A stretch of 64,000 nt of DNA. Source: Sminthopsis crassicaudata. Its lineage: Eukaryota. The stretch is taken from contig NC_133617.1 of NCBI RefSeq assembly GCF_048593235.1, forward strand, positions 530,018,958 through 530,082,957, written 5' to 3'. The notes under the pieces are model-generated. The model searched no databases and had not been told where the DNA came from. It was given only the letters and a program-made list of their open reading frames with translations. A program made the position numbers and the translations under genes. Of this stretch, positions 12,310-24,460 are shown piece after piece (position 1 is the first letter of the stretch; every line of letters starts with the position of its first letter).

Positions 12310-12525
12310 TGATTCACTTTGTCTGACTCTTTGTGGCCCCATTTGGGATTTTCTTGGCAAAGATACTGGAATGATTTGCCATTTCCTTATTCAGCTCATT
12401 TACAGACGAAGAAACTGAGGCAAATAGGTGAAGGGACTTGCCAAGGGTTATAAAGCTATTAAGTATCTGTGAAGATTTGATTTCAGGTCTTCCTAACTCT
12501 AGGCTGGACACTCCCGTCTACCTAG
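12310..12525 (-). mobile_element. Mar1-like CORE-SINE
   Basis: ccccatttgggattttcttggcaaagatactgga...gaagaaactgaggc. Confidence 0.75.
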
Positions 12526-13254
12526 CACTCAGTATGTCTGCCAGAAACCCCCAGTGGGGTCACAGAGTGTCAGAGAGGAGTGATATGACTGAACAATAAG
12601 AAGTACCTACTCCAAGTACTGAGTTAAACACTGACAATACAGAGAAAGGTGAGAGACAGTCCTTGTTCCCAAGCGGCTCCCACGGGACCAGAAATCAGAA
12701 GATAAGAGTTCTGATTCCCATTGCCATTGTACGGTCTTCGTTCTTCCCTCCCCGAGTTAAAGTATCCTTCTTCGTGAGCCACTTGGCTAAGGTTTCTCCC
12801 TGTTCCAATGGCTTATGCTTTTCTGTTGCTAAGAGAGAAGGGAGGACCTGAGGAAGTTAGCTTGGCTTCTCGCTAAAGTGATTCCCTATTCAGAGCCAGT
12901 ACGTGTGGATGTTTTTGTATCCATGTGTATATGATTACAGTGAAGAATGCAACTGTGTTTCTAGATGAAATAGTCCATTCTTGTAAAACTAATCCCTAAG
13001 CAATGAGCAATAACTCTGAGTGGAGATAGTAATCAAATATTTGCTTCCTACATGGCAGGACAAAACCATAACTATGCATCTATTCACCTGGGGCAAAAAC
13101 AGTGGGGGTCCCTGGAGTGGGAGGGGAGAGCAGCTACATGCTGATAGCTCAGCAATGAGTCATTTCAGGAGACGGGTGGCTTGATCCTAGACCCACTGGA
13201 ATGGAGGGAAGATGGGACCATGGAGGTGGCTGATGCAATGAGGGCTTGCTTTTC

Positions 13255-13940
13255 TTTTCTTTTTTTTTTTAATTGAAGTTTTTTATTTTGAAAACATGTA
13301 CAAGGATAATTGCCCTTGAAAAACCTTGTGTTCCAATTTCCTCCCCTTTCTCTCCATCTCCTCTCCTAGATGGCATGTTATCTAATATATGTTAAAAACA
13401 TGATAAAATATATGTTAAATCCAATATAGGCATATATATTTATTATTACATATTATTGAACAAGAAAAATCAGATCAAAAAGAAAAAAAATGAAAAAGAA
13501 AAGAAAATTCAAGCAAACCACAACAAAAAGAATGAAAATGTTATATTGTGATCCACACTCAGTTCTCAGAGTCCTCTCTCTGGGTAGTAGATGGCTTTCA
13601 TCATCACAAAATCATTGGGACCTGACCTGAATCACCTCATTGTTGGAAAGAGTCACATCCATAAGAATTGATGATTTTATAATCTTGTTGCTGTGTACAA
13701 TGATCTCCTGATTCTGCTCATTTCACTCAGCATCAGTTCATGTAAGTCTCTCCAGGTCTTTTTGAAATAATCCTCCTGATTGTTTCTTACAGAACAATAA
13801 TATTCTATAACATTCATATACCACAATTTATTCAGTCAATCTCCAACTGATGAGCATCCACTCAGTTTCCAGTTTCTTGCCACTACAAAAAAGGCTGCTA
13901 CACTTTTGCACATATGGGTCCTTTCCCCTCCTTTATGTAA
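13255..13940 (-). mobile_element. L1 3' end (~680 bp), sense to the gene
   Basis: T-rich start, aattgaagttttttattttgaaaac...gtcctctctctgggtagtagatggc...cagtttcttgccactacaaaaaaggctgc. Confidence 0.85.
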
Positions 13941-14094
13941 ATTCAGATCTTCTTGAGTTCAAGTCCAGTTTCCCATTCACTACTTCAATCAATCAATAAA
14001 CATTTATTAAGCATCTACTATGTGCCAGGCACTGGTCCTAAGCCCTGTGAATACAAAAAGAGGCAAAAGACCTTCAAGAAACTTGCAACTTAAG

Positions 14095-15665
14095 GTTGCC
14101 TCTGTTAGCTTTTGCTGTTTTGACTTTGTTTTTAAAGATTTTTCCTTTGTCACTTGCAGAATTTATTGATTATTATCAACTGGAATGGTGTTAAATTAAT
14201 CACTGTGTGTGACTTTAAGTTTGTAGTCTTGGATTTTTTTTCAGGAGATGATCTATGGTATGGATTTTTAAAATTGGTGCCTTTTTCCTGTTTACAGAGA
14301 TCCCAGGTAGTTTTCTTGTATTATTTCTTGCATTATGATTTTCGAAATTTTCAATTTGTGTTCTTCTGGGAAATCTATAATCCTTAAGTTATCTCCACAT
14401 ACCCTGTCTTCAAGATAATTAGTTTTGTACAGAGAACATGTTTTCTTTTAATGTTGTTGCTTTTTGCTTTGCTTCTTCGATTGTCTTTCACTTCTGTGTA
14501 TTTTCATTCCCAATCAATTGTCCTCTTCTTTGTTTCTTTAGTGAGATTTGCTGCCACAAATTCAAGTTCCTTTCTTCCACCAATTATTTCTGCTGTATAG
14601 GCCATAAATTCTGTTCTCAATTTTTATTTCTCTTTTAAAGCACTCTTGAATAGCACATTGTAGTTCTATGTTCTTCTCAAAATCCACAAAAATGTCTGCT
14701 TCCTTGATGCTGAATCCTTTTCCTTTGTTTTGTATTTTTCTATGATGTCTATACTTGCTTATTAGATCTAGAAAGCACATTTCCTTCTGCCTTTAATATC
14801 TTCTCCATTGATTCATTTGCTTATTTTCAAGGTCTTTGCAGTTTCGTCTTCCTGAGATCTTTGGTAATTTTAGTCTCCCATCCACCCCTTATTTCTCTTA
14901 TTGCTTATTTTCTGACTCCTCTTCTGATAGGGCTTTCCCTAGAGGTTGGATCTCAAAGAATTTCAGCCTCCACCCACATTGGGAAATCAGCCTAATTTTC
15001 TGCCGTAAGTGACTTTTCAGGGGACAAAACTAGCCTCAGCTGAATGCAAGGCTCTGACCCTCAGATTTATTGGAATACCATATGGTACTCCATATATGGT
15101 GTCCTGTCTTATTCCCTCTGTTCCTTAGGTCCAGCAGTACAAGGTGCTGTCACACCAATGCAGCACATCCTGCCTATCAAACCTACAAACATTTCTACCA
15201 TTTTAAGTTTGAATTTTTGTGGAATTGATAGGAGGAGTGAGGTATCAGGATATAGTGCTGAGCTCTCTTACAAGCCCAGATATGTATCCCGTTCCTCAAC
15301 TCTCCTCCAGAGTTCTATTGCAACACAGAATACTGCTGGGGTACTTTGTGAACTCGATAAATTTCTGTAATTCCCTGGCACTGGAAAGGGAGTCAGGGTG
15401 TGGGCTTACATTTTGTCTTTAGGTCAATCTTTAGCTTTGACTCTGGTAATATGATGGTTGGTTGGGGAGGTGATACTGATTGAGCACGAGTTGGGCATTG
15501 GTTCATATTCTTTTTATCTTCTTTTGGGTTCTTCAGATTCTGTATCATGCAAACAATTAAATTACTTTATCTTTTGTTACATATGTTTTGTAGAGATCTG
15601 AGAGATTGTGAAGATCAAAGAAAATGTCTAGTCCTCCATCTTGTTGGTCACATAATCTGGAAGTA
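14095..15665 (-). mobile_element. Degenerate L1/HAL1-like 5'UTR plus ORF1, no ORF2 seen
   Basis: Minus translation DNLRIIDFPEE...IIMQEIIQENY resembles L1 ORF1p; 5' end acttccagattatgtgaccaacaagatggaggac resembles L1 5' termini. Confidence 0.7.
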
Positions 15666-15815
15666 CTAGTTTTTGTTTCTTATTCTGCAGTCTTTTGTTG
15701 TTTTTTTCTCTCTGTTTCTCTCTCTTTCTTTCTCTTTTTTCTCTCTCTTTCTCTTTCTGCTTTTCTTTCTCTCTCCATTTCTCCTAGAACTGATTTTCTT
15801 CAATCCTCTCTAGGA

Positions 15816-16087
15816 TTGAATGCTACCCCTTCATTACTCATAGCCCCTCATAATAGTATCTACTTAGAACAAAAGTTGATACTATTTTCTCTTCATTACA
15901 TTTCCACTTTCATAAAGTCTATTGTCTCAAAGTTAGGCTTTAAGAAGGAAGCAGTTGAATGCTACCCTTCACTACCCATAGTCCCTCATAATAGTGTCTA
16001 TCTAAAACTTTCTCCTAGTTATATCTCCACTTTCATAAAGTCTTCTATTATCTCAAAGTTAGACTTTAAGAAAAAAGCAATTTGAAT
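15816..16087. repeat. Diverged tandem duplication with 139-bp and 127-bp units
   Basis: Units start ttgaatgctaccc at 15816 and 15955; a third ttgaat at 16082. Confidence 0.9.
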
Positions 16088-16457
16088 TAATTTATATAAA
16101 GCTGTGAACTACTTAAAATCCCTTTAATTCTGGCAGGTATATTGGCATTTTAAAATACTTGCTAAAATACTTGTTAAATTCAAATGAATCTCTAATTGGT
16201 AAAATATTAGCAAGTATTAAAAAATGTGAGATGCTGCCTGATACTAGCATATAGACTAGGAAGCAGGAGAACATGTACTCAAGTCTTGCCTTTGACATAT
16301 AAATAAGACTGGAGGGCCGCAAGCTATTCACTTAAATTCTTAATGCTCTCAACTCTATATTGGTAAAGTTTCCTTTCTGGCAGTTCTATACACAGATAAA
16401 ATCACAGGTCTAAATTCCACCCAAAGTAAAGAATTTTAGAGGTCAGCTCTTTTAGAG

Positions 16458-16638
16458 CAGGGCTTCTTTTTCCATTTGCAACACCTTTTTGCCTGAGAAA
16501 TTTTACATGACCTTGGATATATAGGTATATAAATAACTATGTAAATCAAACATTTATGATAATAAATTATAATTTTGTGACTCCTACATTCAAATTACAA
16601 AACTCCATATGGGGTCAAAACCACAATTTAAGAAGCTG
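16458..16638 (+). mobile_element. hAT-type MITE
   Basis: cagggcttc...tttaagaagctg TIR-like ends; internal tatataggtatataaa...aaatcaaacatt; inverted sister copy at 18256-18625. Confidence 0.65.
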
Positions 16639-17324
16639 AGCTCCAGGGCAGAGACTCTTTTTATATCCTTAGTACTTAGTATAGTGCCTGGTACATAGTC
16701 AACACTTAATAAAAAGTTTATTAGTTTTGTTGTTTGAGGGCTAGCTTGGAAGAGAAATGGGAGCAGTTCCTGGCACTTCATGCTTAATAAGTGCTTGTTT
16801 ATAATATAGAGAATGCTTAGTGACAACTCATATCATATCATAGGTCCCAAGCCTTAGGCTTCTAGGGGAAGTAGAGATCCACAGAGTGATAGCTAGGCAG
16901 GGTTTCTCCCAGGGCACTGAAATTCAGAGAATCTGACAGTATTTTCATCCTTTTAGCTATCAGAAACACATGATGACTGTGCTCACGAATAAGCAGTTAA
17001 AATGAGAAGCAAGAGCCAAAGTCCTCTTCCACCTGGCCCCTTCCATCCCTGCTGTGAGCTTTCCCAATCCCTTCCCTCTCACTGCCTGCCCAGAAGTGCT
17101 AATTATAGAGGGCCTGTTCTAAAGGGAATCTGCTCTTTCACACATTTTGAAATTCAGAGAATTAGAAACCTAAAAGGCTCTGTGCATCTAGGAACTAGCT
17201 ATGGAACTGAGTACTTGTTTCATGTGTATAATCTTTTGTGAATAAGTCATATCCCCCACTGGCTTGGGATGAAGCTATTGTATTGACACTGATCCTGAGT
17301 CTTAAATTCAATATCTCCGAGGTT

Positions 17325-17550
17325 GTTCAATCAGTTCAGTAGTGTCCAACTCTTCGTGATCCTATTCGGGGCTTTTCTTGGTGAACATACTGGAGTAATT
17401 TGCCATTTCTTTGCCCAACTCAATTTACAGAGGAGGAAACTGAGGTAAACAGTGTTAAGTGACTTACTGAGGGACACACAGCTGGTGTCTGAAGCTGGAT
17501 TTGGACTGAGATCCTCCTGACCCCAGGTTCTGTGCTCTACCCATTATGTC
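17325..17550 (-). mobile_element. Mar1-like CORE-SINE
   Basis: gtgtccaactcttcgtga...catactggagtaatttgccatttc...gaggaaactgagg. Confidence 0.75.
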
Positions 17551-18255
17551 ACCTTTTCCTTCTACCTTTCTAGGCAAATTGTTATACGAATAATTTGCTG
17601 ATTCAGGCAGACATCTGTTTGCCTCATCTTATCAACTGCAGCCTCAGCTTCTCTTCATTGATTAGCCACAAAAACTCCTCACACTGACTCTGCTCCATCA
17701 TCACAGCTCTTTCAAGGGTGGAGACCAGAGGGAATCAACTGACTGTTCCCTTTTGCAATGGCAGGCAATTTCCCTGGCTCCTTTCATTTGTGTGATAACA
17801 ACAACAATAATATTTATACAACACTTTAGGCCTTATAGCATCATAGCTAGAAGAACTCTTAGAGGCCACTAAGTCTAAACTTCATTTTACAGATGAGGTA
17901 ACTGAGGCAAAGAGAGTTCAAATGATTTGCCCATTGTCACAAGCTATTAAGTGGCAGGATTTGAATCCAGCTTTTCCTGATTCTAAGGCCAGGACTCCAC
18001 CAAATAATAATGACAAATCACCTACTATGTGCCAAGTACTGTTAAATGCTTATTATATTTATAGCCTTACAACAACCCTTAGGTAGATTATTATTATCTC
18101 CATTTTACAGAAGAGGAAATTGGGTCAAATAGAGTTTAAATCACTTGTCCAGAGTCACACATGTAATGCAAATATCTGAGGTCAAATTTGAATACAGGTC
18201 TTCTGGACTCCAAGTGTGCCATGCTACCTGTTGTGCCACCTAGGTTTCTATACGG

Positions 18256-18625
18256 CAATTTCTTAAACTGTGCATGGGGTCTTTTAATTGAATATGGGGG
18301 AGTTACAAAATTATGACATCAAACATTTGTACACCTATAATTTATTTATTTTTAATTGAAGCTTTTTTATTTTCAATACATATGCAAGGATAATTTTTCA
18401 CCATTGATTCTTGCAAAAACCTTGTGTTCCAATTTCCCTCTTCCTTCTCCCCACCCCTCCTCTAGATGACAAGTAATCCAATATACGTTAAACATGGTAA
18501 AATTTATGTTAATCTAATATAGACAGTATTTGTATACCTATTTTATATACCTATATATTCAGTGTCACGTAAAAATTTCTTGGGCAAAAAAGTGGTCATG
18601 AATGCAAAAAATTTAAGAAGTCCTG
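18256..18625 (-). mobile_element. hAT-type MITE split by an L1 3' end (18339-18527)
   Basis: MITE halves flank the L1; 14-bp TSD atttgtacacctat (18325-18338) / atttgtatacctat (18528-18541). Confidence 0.75.
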
Positions 18626-20856
18626 ATCTACAATATATAGACACACCAACACAAGAAGGAAGGGAAGAGATCGAGGTAGGGAAAGGACAGAAGCCTAGGG
18701 CCAAAGTGAAGAATGTACTTCTATCCTGCAGATGCAGGTGGGCTGCTAATCACTTCCCCAATAGTTTGTCACACTCCTCTGTTGATTACAATACTCTGTT
18801 GATTCTGCACTACCCACTGTGATCACCATGGAGAAACAACTCCCCATTCCCCAGGTTTCAAGTAACCTGGGTGGAAGAAACTTGCTCCCATTGATGTCAA
18901 AGCTCTGGTTTCCTTCTAATAGTTACTATTCTGGGAATCACAATTTGGTCCTTCCTGTGGTAGACAAATTATTGGATCTCACAGTAACACCACATTATCC
19001 TTATGCTCCTGTGAGAAAAAAATGTAAATATAGAGGCAATGTAGAAAGACTACCTAATAGAAGAATTCAGAAAAGTGATTTAGTCTATTCAGCCAGGTAG
19101 AAAGTTATTGATAGTGTTAATAGGAATTTTACAGGGGATCACCCACCAATCAATACAAAAGGCAAATATACAGGGGTTTATTATGAAGACTGAAAAAAAT
19201 AGAGAAATCTTTTATCACTGATCTGAAAGTTAAAAAATTTAGATGCAAGTCCATTTTTAACTACTTATTGAGTAAATATACTACATATTTACTACCCATG
19301 TAATTGAGGGTCAGTTACTTATTTTCTTAGCCTTAGCTATTGTTATTAATATGCCTCACAAATGGGAGTTGTAATTATTTGAAGTTAGGAGGCTCCCCAA
19401 GGGGAAAAAATTGGCTAATGACTTTATCTCTTAATTACCTAGGGAGCATAGTATAAGGCAAAGATGTCTATATTAAGTCAAAAGTTCTGGCTTCAACCTG
19501 CATCTATTTTTTTTTTTTTTAATTGAACCTTGTTAGTGATCATGTAGTAGAAAGAATGCTGACTTTGGGGCCAGAGCAGTTGGGCTCAGATCCCATCCCT
19601 ATTATATTTGTTACTTGTGTGACTCGCCACTCTAATCCTTGAGTTCGCTATCTGCAAAATGGGGAGATGATATTTGCACAGCCTACCTCATATGACTATA
19701 GTGAGGAAGAGTCCTTTGTAAATTGCAAAGAGATTTAGAAAGGAAGCTTTTGCTATCATTGAACTATTTTTCTTTTTTGCCATTTAGGAAAAAGAATGGC
19801 TATGTCATCCTTGACACTTCTCTGAACCTCTTTGTTTATCTGTAAGATGGCGATAATAAGGCTTTCAATTCATCAGAAATTTAGGCACCTACTATGTGCA
19901 AAGTATTGTGTTATGTGTTGGAGAAACAGAGATGAAGAATGAAACATTCCCTAACTTCTCATGACTTACCATTCTACTTGTACTATCTGACACTATAAAC
20001 CCTGAGGCGCTGCAACAATGTGAAATATTTGCTAGTTCAAACATGGAAGACCAGACTGTTCTGGCTTGTAACATTCAGCTCCAGATAGGATTTTTGCTTT
20101 TCCATTGGCCATATGCACGCAACCCTGGGAATGCTTTTAAAATAGAAAGGTAGTGAAAGTGATAGCTTCTACTAGGGACATTGGAATGAAGCTGATTTTC
20201 AGGGCCTCTTCCTATGAAAGCAATGCTTAGAAGCACTATTGTTTCTTGAACCCTTTGTCCTATAGTCTCTCCACTACCTGTAAATAAACACACCCTATAA
20301 AATGGAGTGGAAACATTGGAAAAATGCCCAGTGTTCAAGGGATGACAAGCACAAGCTCTTTTGAAGTATGGGGTAACTAAAGGAACACTAAGTAACCCTG
20401 ATAAGTTTGACTGTACTGTGTTAGAATAAGAATAAAACTTATTCATGCATACAAAAAAGCTTGGAAACTAAGATGCAACAAATGATAGCAAGACAGAAAG
20501 TTCACTTAGATTTTTACAGAATGAATCATAGATTCAGATAACAGCAGAACTGGAAGAGACCTCAGAGATCAGTCAATTTATTTAATCCCTACACAAATAA
20601 CAAAGCTTGAGACAACATCCCCAACATTCAACCTTCCAGTAGTCAGCTAAAGATTTCCCACGGTGGGCAGCACTTCACACTTTTTAAGAGCTTTAATTAA
20701 TAGAAGTCTCTGAGTCTATTGAAACAAAACTTCTTTCTCAGAAATTCTGGATATGATTGACTAATGAAAGTTTGAGATATGAAAAATACCAAAGAATGAT
20801 ACACCATGCTACTGCGTATGGAGATGTTACAGACAAAAGATTAGAATTAGGATCCC

Positions 20857-21003
20857 TTTCTTTCTTTTCTTTTCCTTCTTTCTTTTTTCCTCCCTCCTTT
20901 TCTTTTTTCTTCCTTCCCTTCTTTCTTCTCTCCTTCTTCCTCCCTCCTTTTCTTACTTTCCCTTCCCTCCTTCCTTTATTCCTTCATTTCTTCCTTCTTT
21001 CCT
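20857..21003. repeat. (TTCC/TTTC)-rich low-complexity tract
   Basis: Direct. Confidence 0.9.
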
Positions 21004-21499
21004 TGCAATTAGGGATTAAGTGACTTAGCTAAGTGTCAAGTATCTGAGGCTGAATCTGAATTCAGGTCATCCTGACTACAAAACCAGTGCTTTATCCATT
21101 GCATTACTTAGCTGTCCCTTAGGATTATTTCAAACAGCTAGAACAGTATTTAGAATGCTGGCCTTGGAGTCAGAAGACTTGAGTTTAAATTGTACCTCAG
21201 ATACTTTCTAGCTGTGTGACTCTGGGCACTTCACTTTGTAGTTATTTGCCTCAGTTTCCCCAACTATAAATTGAAAATAATAATGGGAACTGTCAATATT
21301 GATTTATTAAACGCCTATCATATGCCCAGAACTGTTCTAAATACTGAGGATACAAAGACATAAGACAGTCCCTGACCTTAAGAAGCTCACAATCTAATAG
21401 GGAAACCTAGAAACAACAAATATGTGCAAACAAGCTATTTACAGAACAAAGAAGAAATAATTAACAGAAGGAAAACACTAGAATTAAGAAGTCTTCAAG

Positions 21500-22090
21500 A
21501 TTTTAAGGATCACACATGTGCAAAAACATTTGTAACAGTCCTTTTTGTAGTGGCAAGGAACTGGAAACTGAGTGGATGCTCATTAATTGGGAAATGGCTA
21601 AATAAGTTATGGTATATGAATGTTATGGAATATTATCATTCTATAAGAAACAATCAGCAGGATGAAGCAAATTACATGATGATGCAAAGATGATACAAGA
21701 AGATTATAAGATGATCAATTCTTATGGACATGGCTCTTTGCAACTACAAAGTGATTCAAGATCAGTTCCAATGGTCTTATGATAGAGAGAGCCATTCTGT
21801 ACCCAGAGAGAGGGGACTGTGGGAACTGAGGGTGGATCACAACATAGTATTTTCACTTTGTTGTTGTTGTTTGCTTGCATTTTGTTTTCTTTCTCACTTT
21901 TTTCCTTTTTAATCTGATTTTTTGTTGTCCAGCTTGATAATTGTGGAAATTTGTACAGAACTGCATATTGGATTACTTGCCAACCAAGGGAGAGAGTGGG
22001 GGGAAGGATGAGAAAAATTTTGGAACACAAGGTTTTGCAAGTGTGAATGTTGAAAACTATGCATATGTTTTGAAAATAAAAAGCTTTAAA
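21500..22090 (+). mobile_element. L1 3' end (~600 bp)
   Basis: ctttttgtagtggcaaggaactggaaactgagtggatgc...gttttgaaaataaaaagctttaa. Confidence 0.85.
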
Positions 22091-24242
22091 ATTTTTGAAG
22101 ATCAAATGAGATATTTGTAAATCATTTTAGCTCAGTGCAGACACACAGGAGACACTTACATGCTTATTCTTTCTTCTTCCTTTACTCACTGTTTATGGAG
22201 ATGGCACAGATATCAAAAGATTAGAATTAAGATATCCTAAACAGGTTTTAACACAACATGAGGCAAATTCTTATGGAATAACTTTATTATATATATGATT
22301 ATGTTCATAAAGGATTCTGTATTGGACATAAATTGGGAACAAGGTGAATAAGATGTTACCAATTAATAGCAACAACAAAAGACATTCAGGAGATTGGCAA
22401 GTATGATAAAAACACATTCTAGTTATAAGAATGTTTTAATGTGTAGAAAATCTGCCAATCTTATGGAAAAAGAATTGAACAAGAATAGCTTTTTTGGAAC
22501 CCAATTGCATCTTTGCAGACTTTTAGCAGTTTTGGTTTTGAAACCAGGAGAAAAATGACAATTGATTTTAGATTGTCTTCTTAGGGCTTAGGGTGGTGTA
22601 GCATGCAGGGGGGTGAGAGAAACTATGTTTAACCACCAGGTGAGGTAGTGCTGCTAGCCACTAACATGATTGGGAAGCATTAAGTGGAGCAAGTCCCATG
22701 CTTACAAGACAAGAGCCACACAATATAGGAAAGTACCAATCTCTCTATGGTTCCAGAGACCCCCAACTCCACTAGATCATAGATAGAAAGCTAAAAGGTG
22801 CCACAAAGTTCTTTTAGCTCAGTCCATCATTTTACAGATAAGGAAACTGAAGCCCAGAGGCCATGACTTTTCCAAGATTATATAGGTAATTTTTTCCCCT
22901 TCTAGTTACGAGTAGGATTTAAACCCCAGAGCTATTATTCTATCAAGGGTGGCTATGCAAATTCATTTCTCTAAGGTAGATTTATCCAATTAGAATTAGT
23001 TCTGAGTATTCAACCTACTGGGATTGGGGACTACAACCTAGGTCTTTCTTGCCTGTGATACCAGCTTTTTGTCTACCACAACACATATTCATTGATTGCT
23101 ATTAAATTAGGGCACCCATGATTCAGATAAATCATATACTCCATTTGTCTTTGGCCATTGTTCCAAATATTTCAAATGGTTCCACCCTCCAAATCTTCAA
23201 AATCACCCAGTCTCTATTGATTGGAAAAAGTCATTCAGAATTGGGGTCACCCAGCATCAAGAAGATATTTCTAAATACCTCATAGACTAGGAAAGTTGTG
23301 AACCAGAAGCATGAACCTGGGAACTTTCACCACTATGTCCCAGAAATGCATCCTTAGAGAATCTTTGTTTTCTCACAAAAGTTAGTTGTGATATATGAAA
23401 GTGTCTTTATTATATCTTTTTGTTAAATTACTTCACTAGATTGATGAGCATTATAGATAGGTAAAAAAAAAATATTCACTATCTAGTGGGTGGTCCCAAA
23501 CAGAGGAACAAACCAGTAAGGATGTAGGAGGCTCAATGTTAAAGGAGCACCTTCAAAATGGTGGTGCCGTATTTTGAAAGCAACCTTGATGTCCAGAAGT
23601 TCCTTCTCCCATACCACAAAATGTTACATTATGATGAATTTTTGGATAAGTACAAGGGAAGCATGAATGAAGACTCAAATTAAAGCTGCCTAATGACAGC
23701 TTTGGAAATACTGCTGTGAATTTGAAAGAATGGAAGTCAAGATGAACCAAGGCTTTGAGTTTGGTGACTGGAAAGGATCAATGTCATAAACTCAGAAAAA
23801 AGGAGGCTGAGAAGTTGAGGATATATGTGAAACTTTTAGCAATATCTTGAAATAGTCTATAAAGTATTGGTCCAGGAGCAAAAAACACATGAGTTCCAAT
23901 CCATCTCAGATACTAGTTCTGTGATTGGGGGAAAGTTACTAAACCTGTAGGCTCAATTTTCTCACTTGTAAAATAAGGATAATAATTAACACTATTTCCC
24001 AGGGTTGTTGTGAGGACCATATTGATAACACAGCGTTTGGCACATAGTAGGCACTAAACAAAAGTGATCTATTATTTATTGTTATTGTCATTATTATTAT
24101 TTTGTAACTCTGAGTTTTTAGAGACTACAGAAACATAAAACATTAGAGATAGAAGGATATTACAAGTTTATTTAGTCACATACCCTAATTTAACATATAA
24201 GGAAACTGAGACCCAAAGAGATTACATGGTCATGGGGTAGGT

Positions 24243-24460
24243 CAGTGATGTCAAATTCAAATAGAAATAAGGTTACTAAACTATACCTTAGCATTTCTGC
24301 CAGCTACATATTAGCCTAGAATATTTAACATAACCATTATGTTTTATTGTATTTTTATTTATATTGTTAAATATTTCTCAATTACATTTTAATCTGTTGG
24401 GGCTGCTTTGGGGAGCATTGTAGTTTGTGTGTGGTCTGTGGAACATGTTGGACACCTCTG
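24243..24460 (+). mobile_element. hAT-type MITE
   Basis: TIR-like ends cagtgatgtcaaa / ttggacacctctg; related copies at ~12060 and ~28590. Confidence 0.65.

Noticed and set aside
22651-22660. TGAGGTAGT, a let-7-like 5' end
   Set aside because: Similarity ends after 9 nt and there is no hairpin partner.
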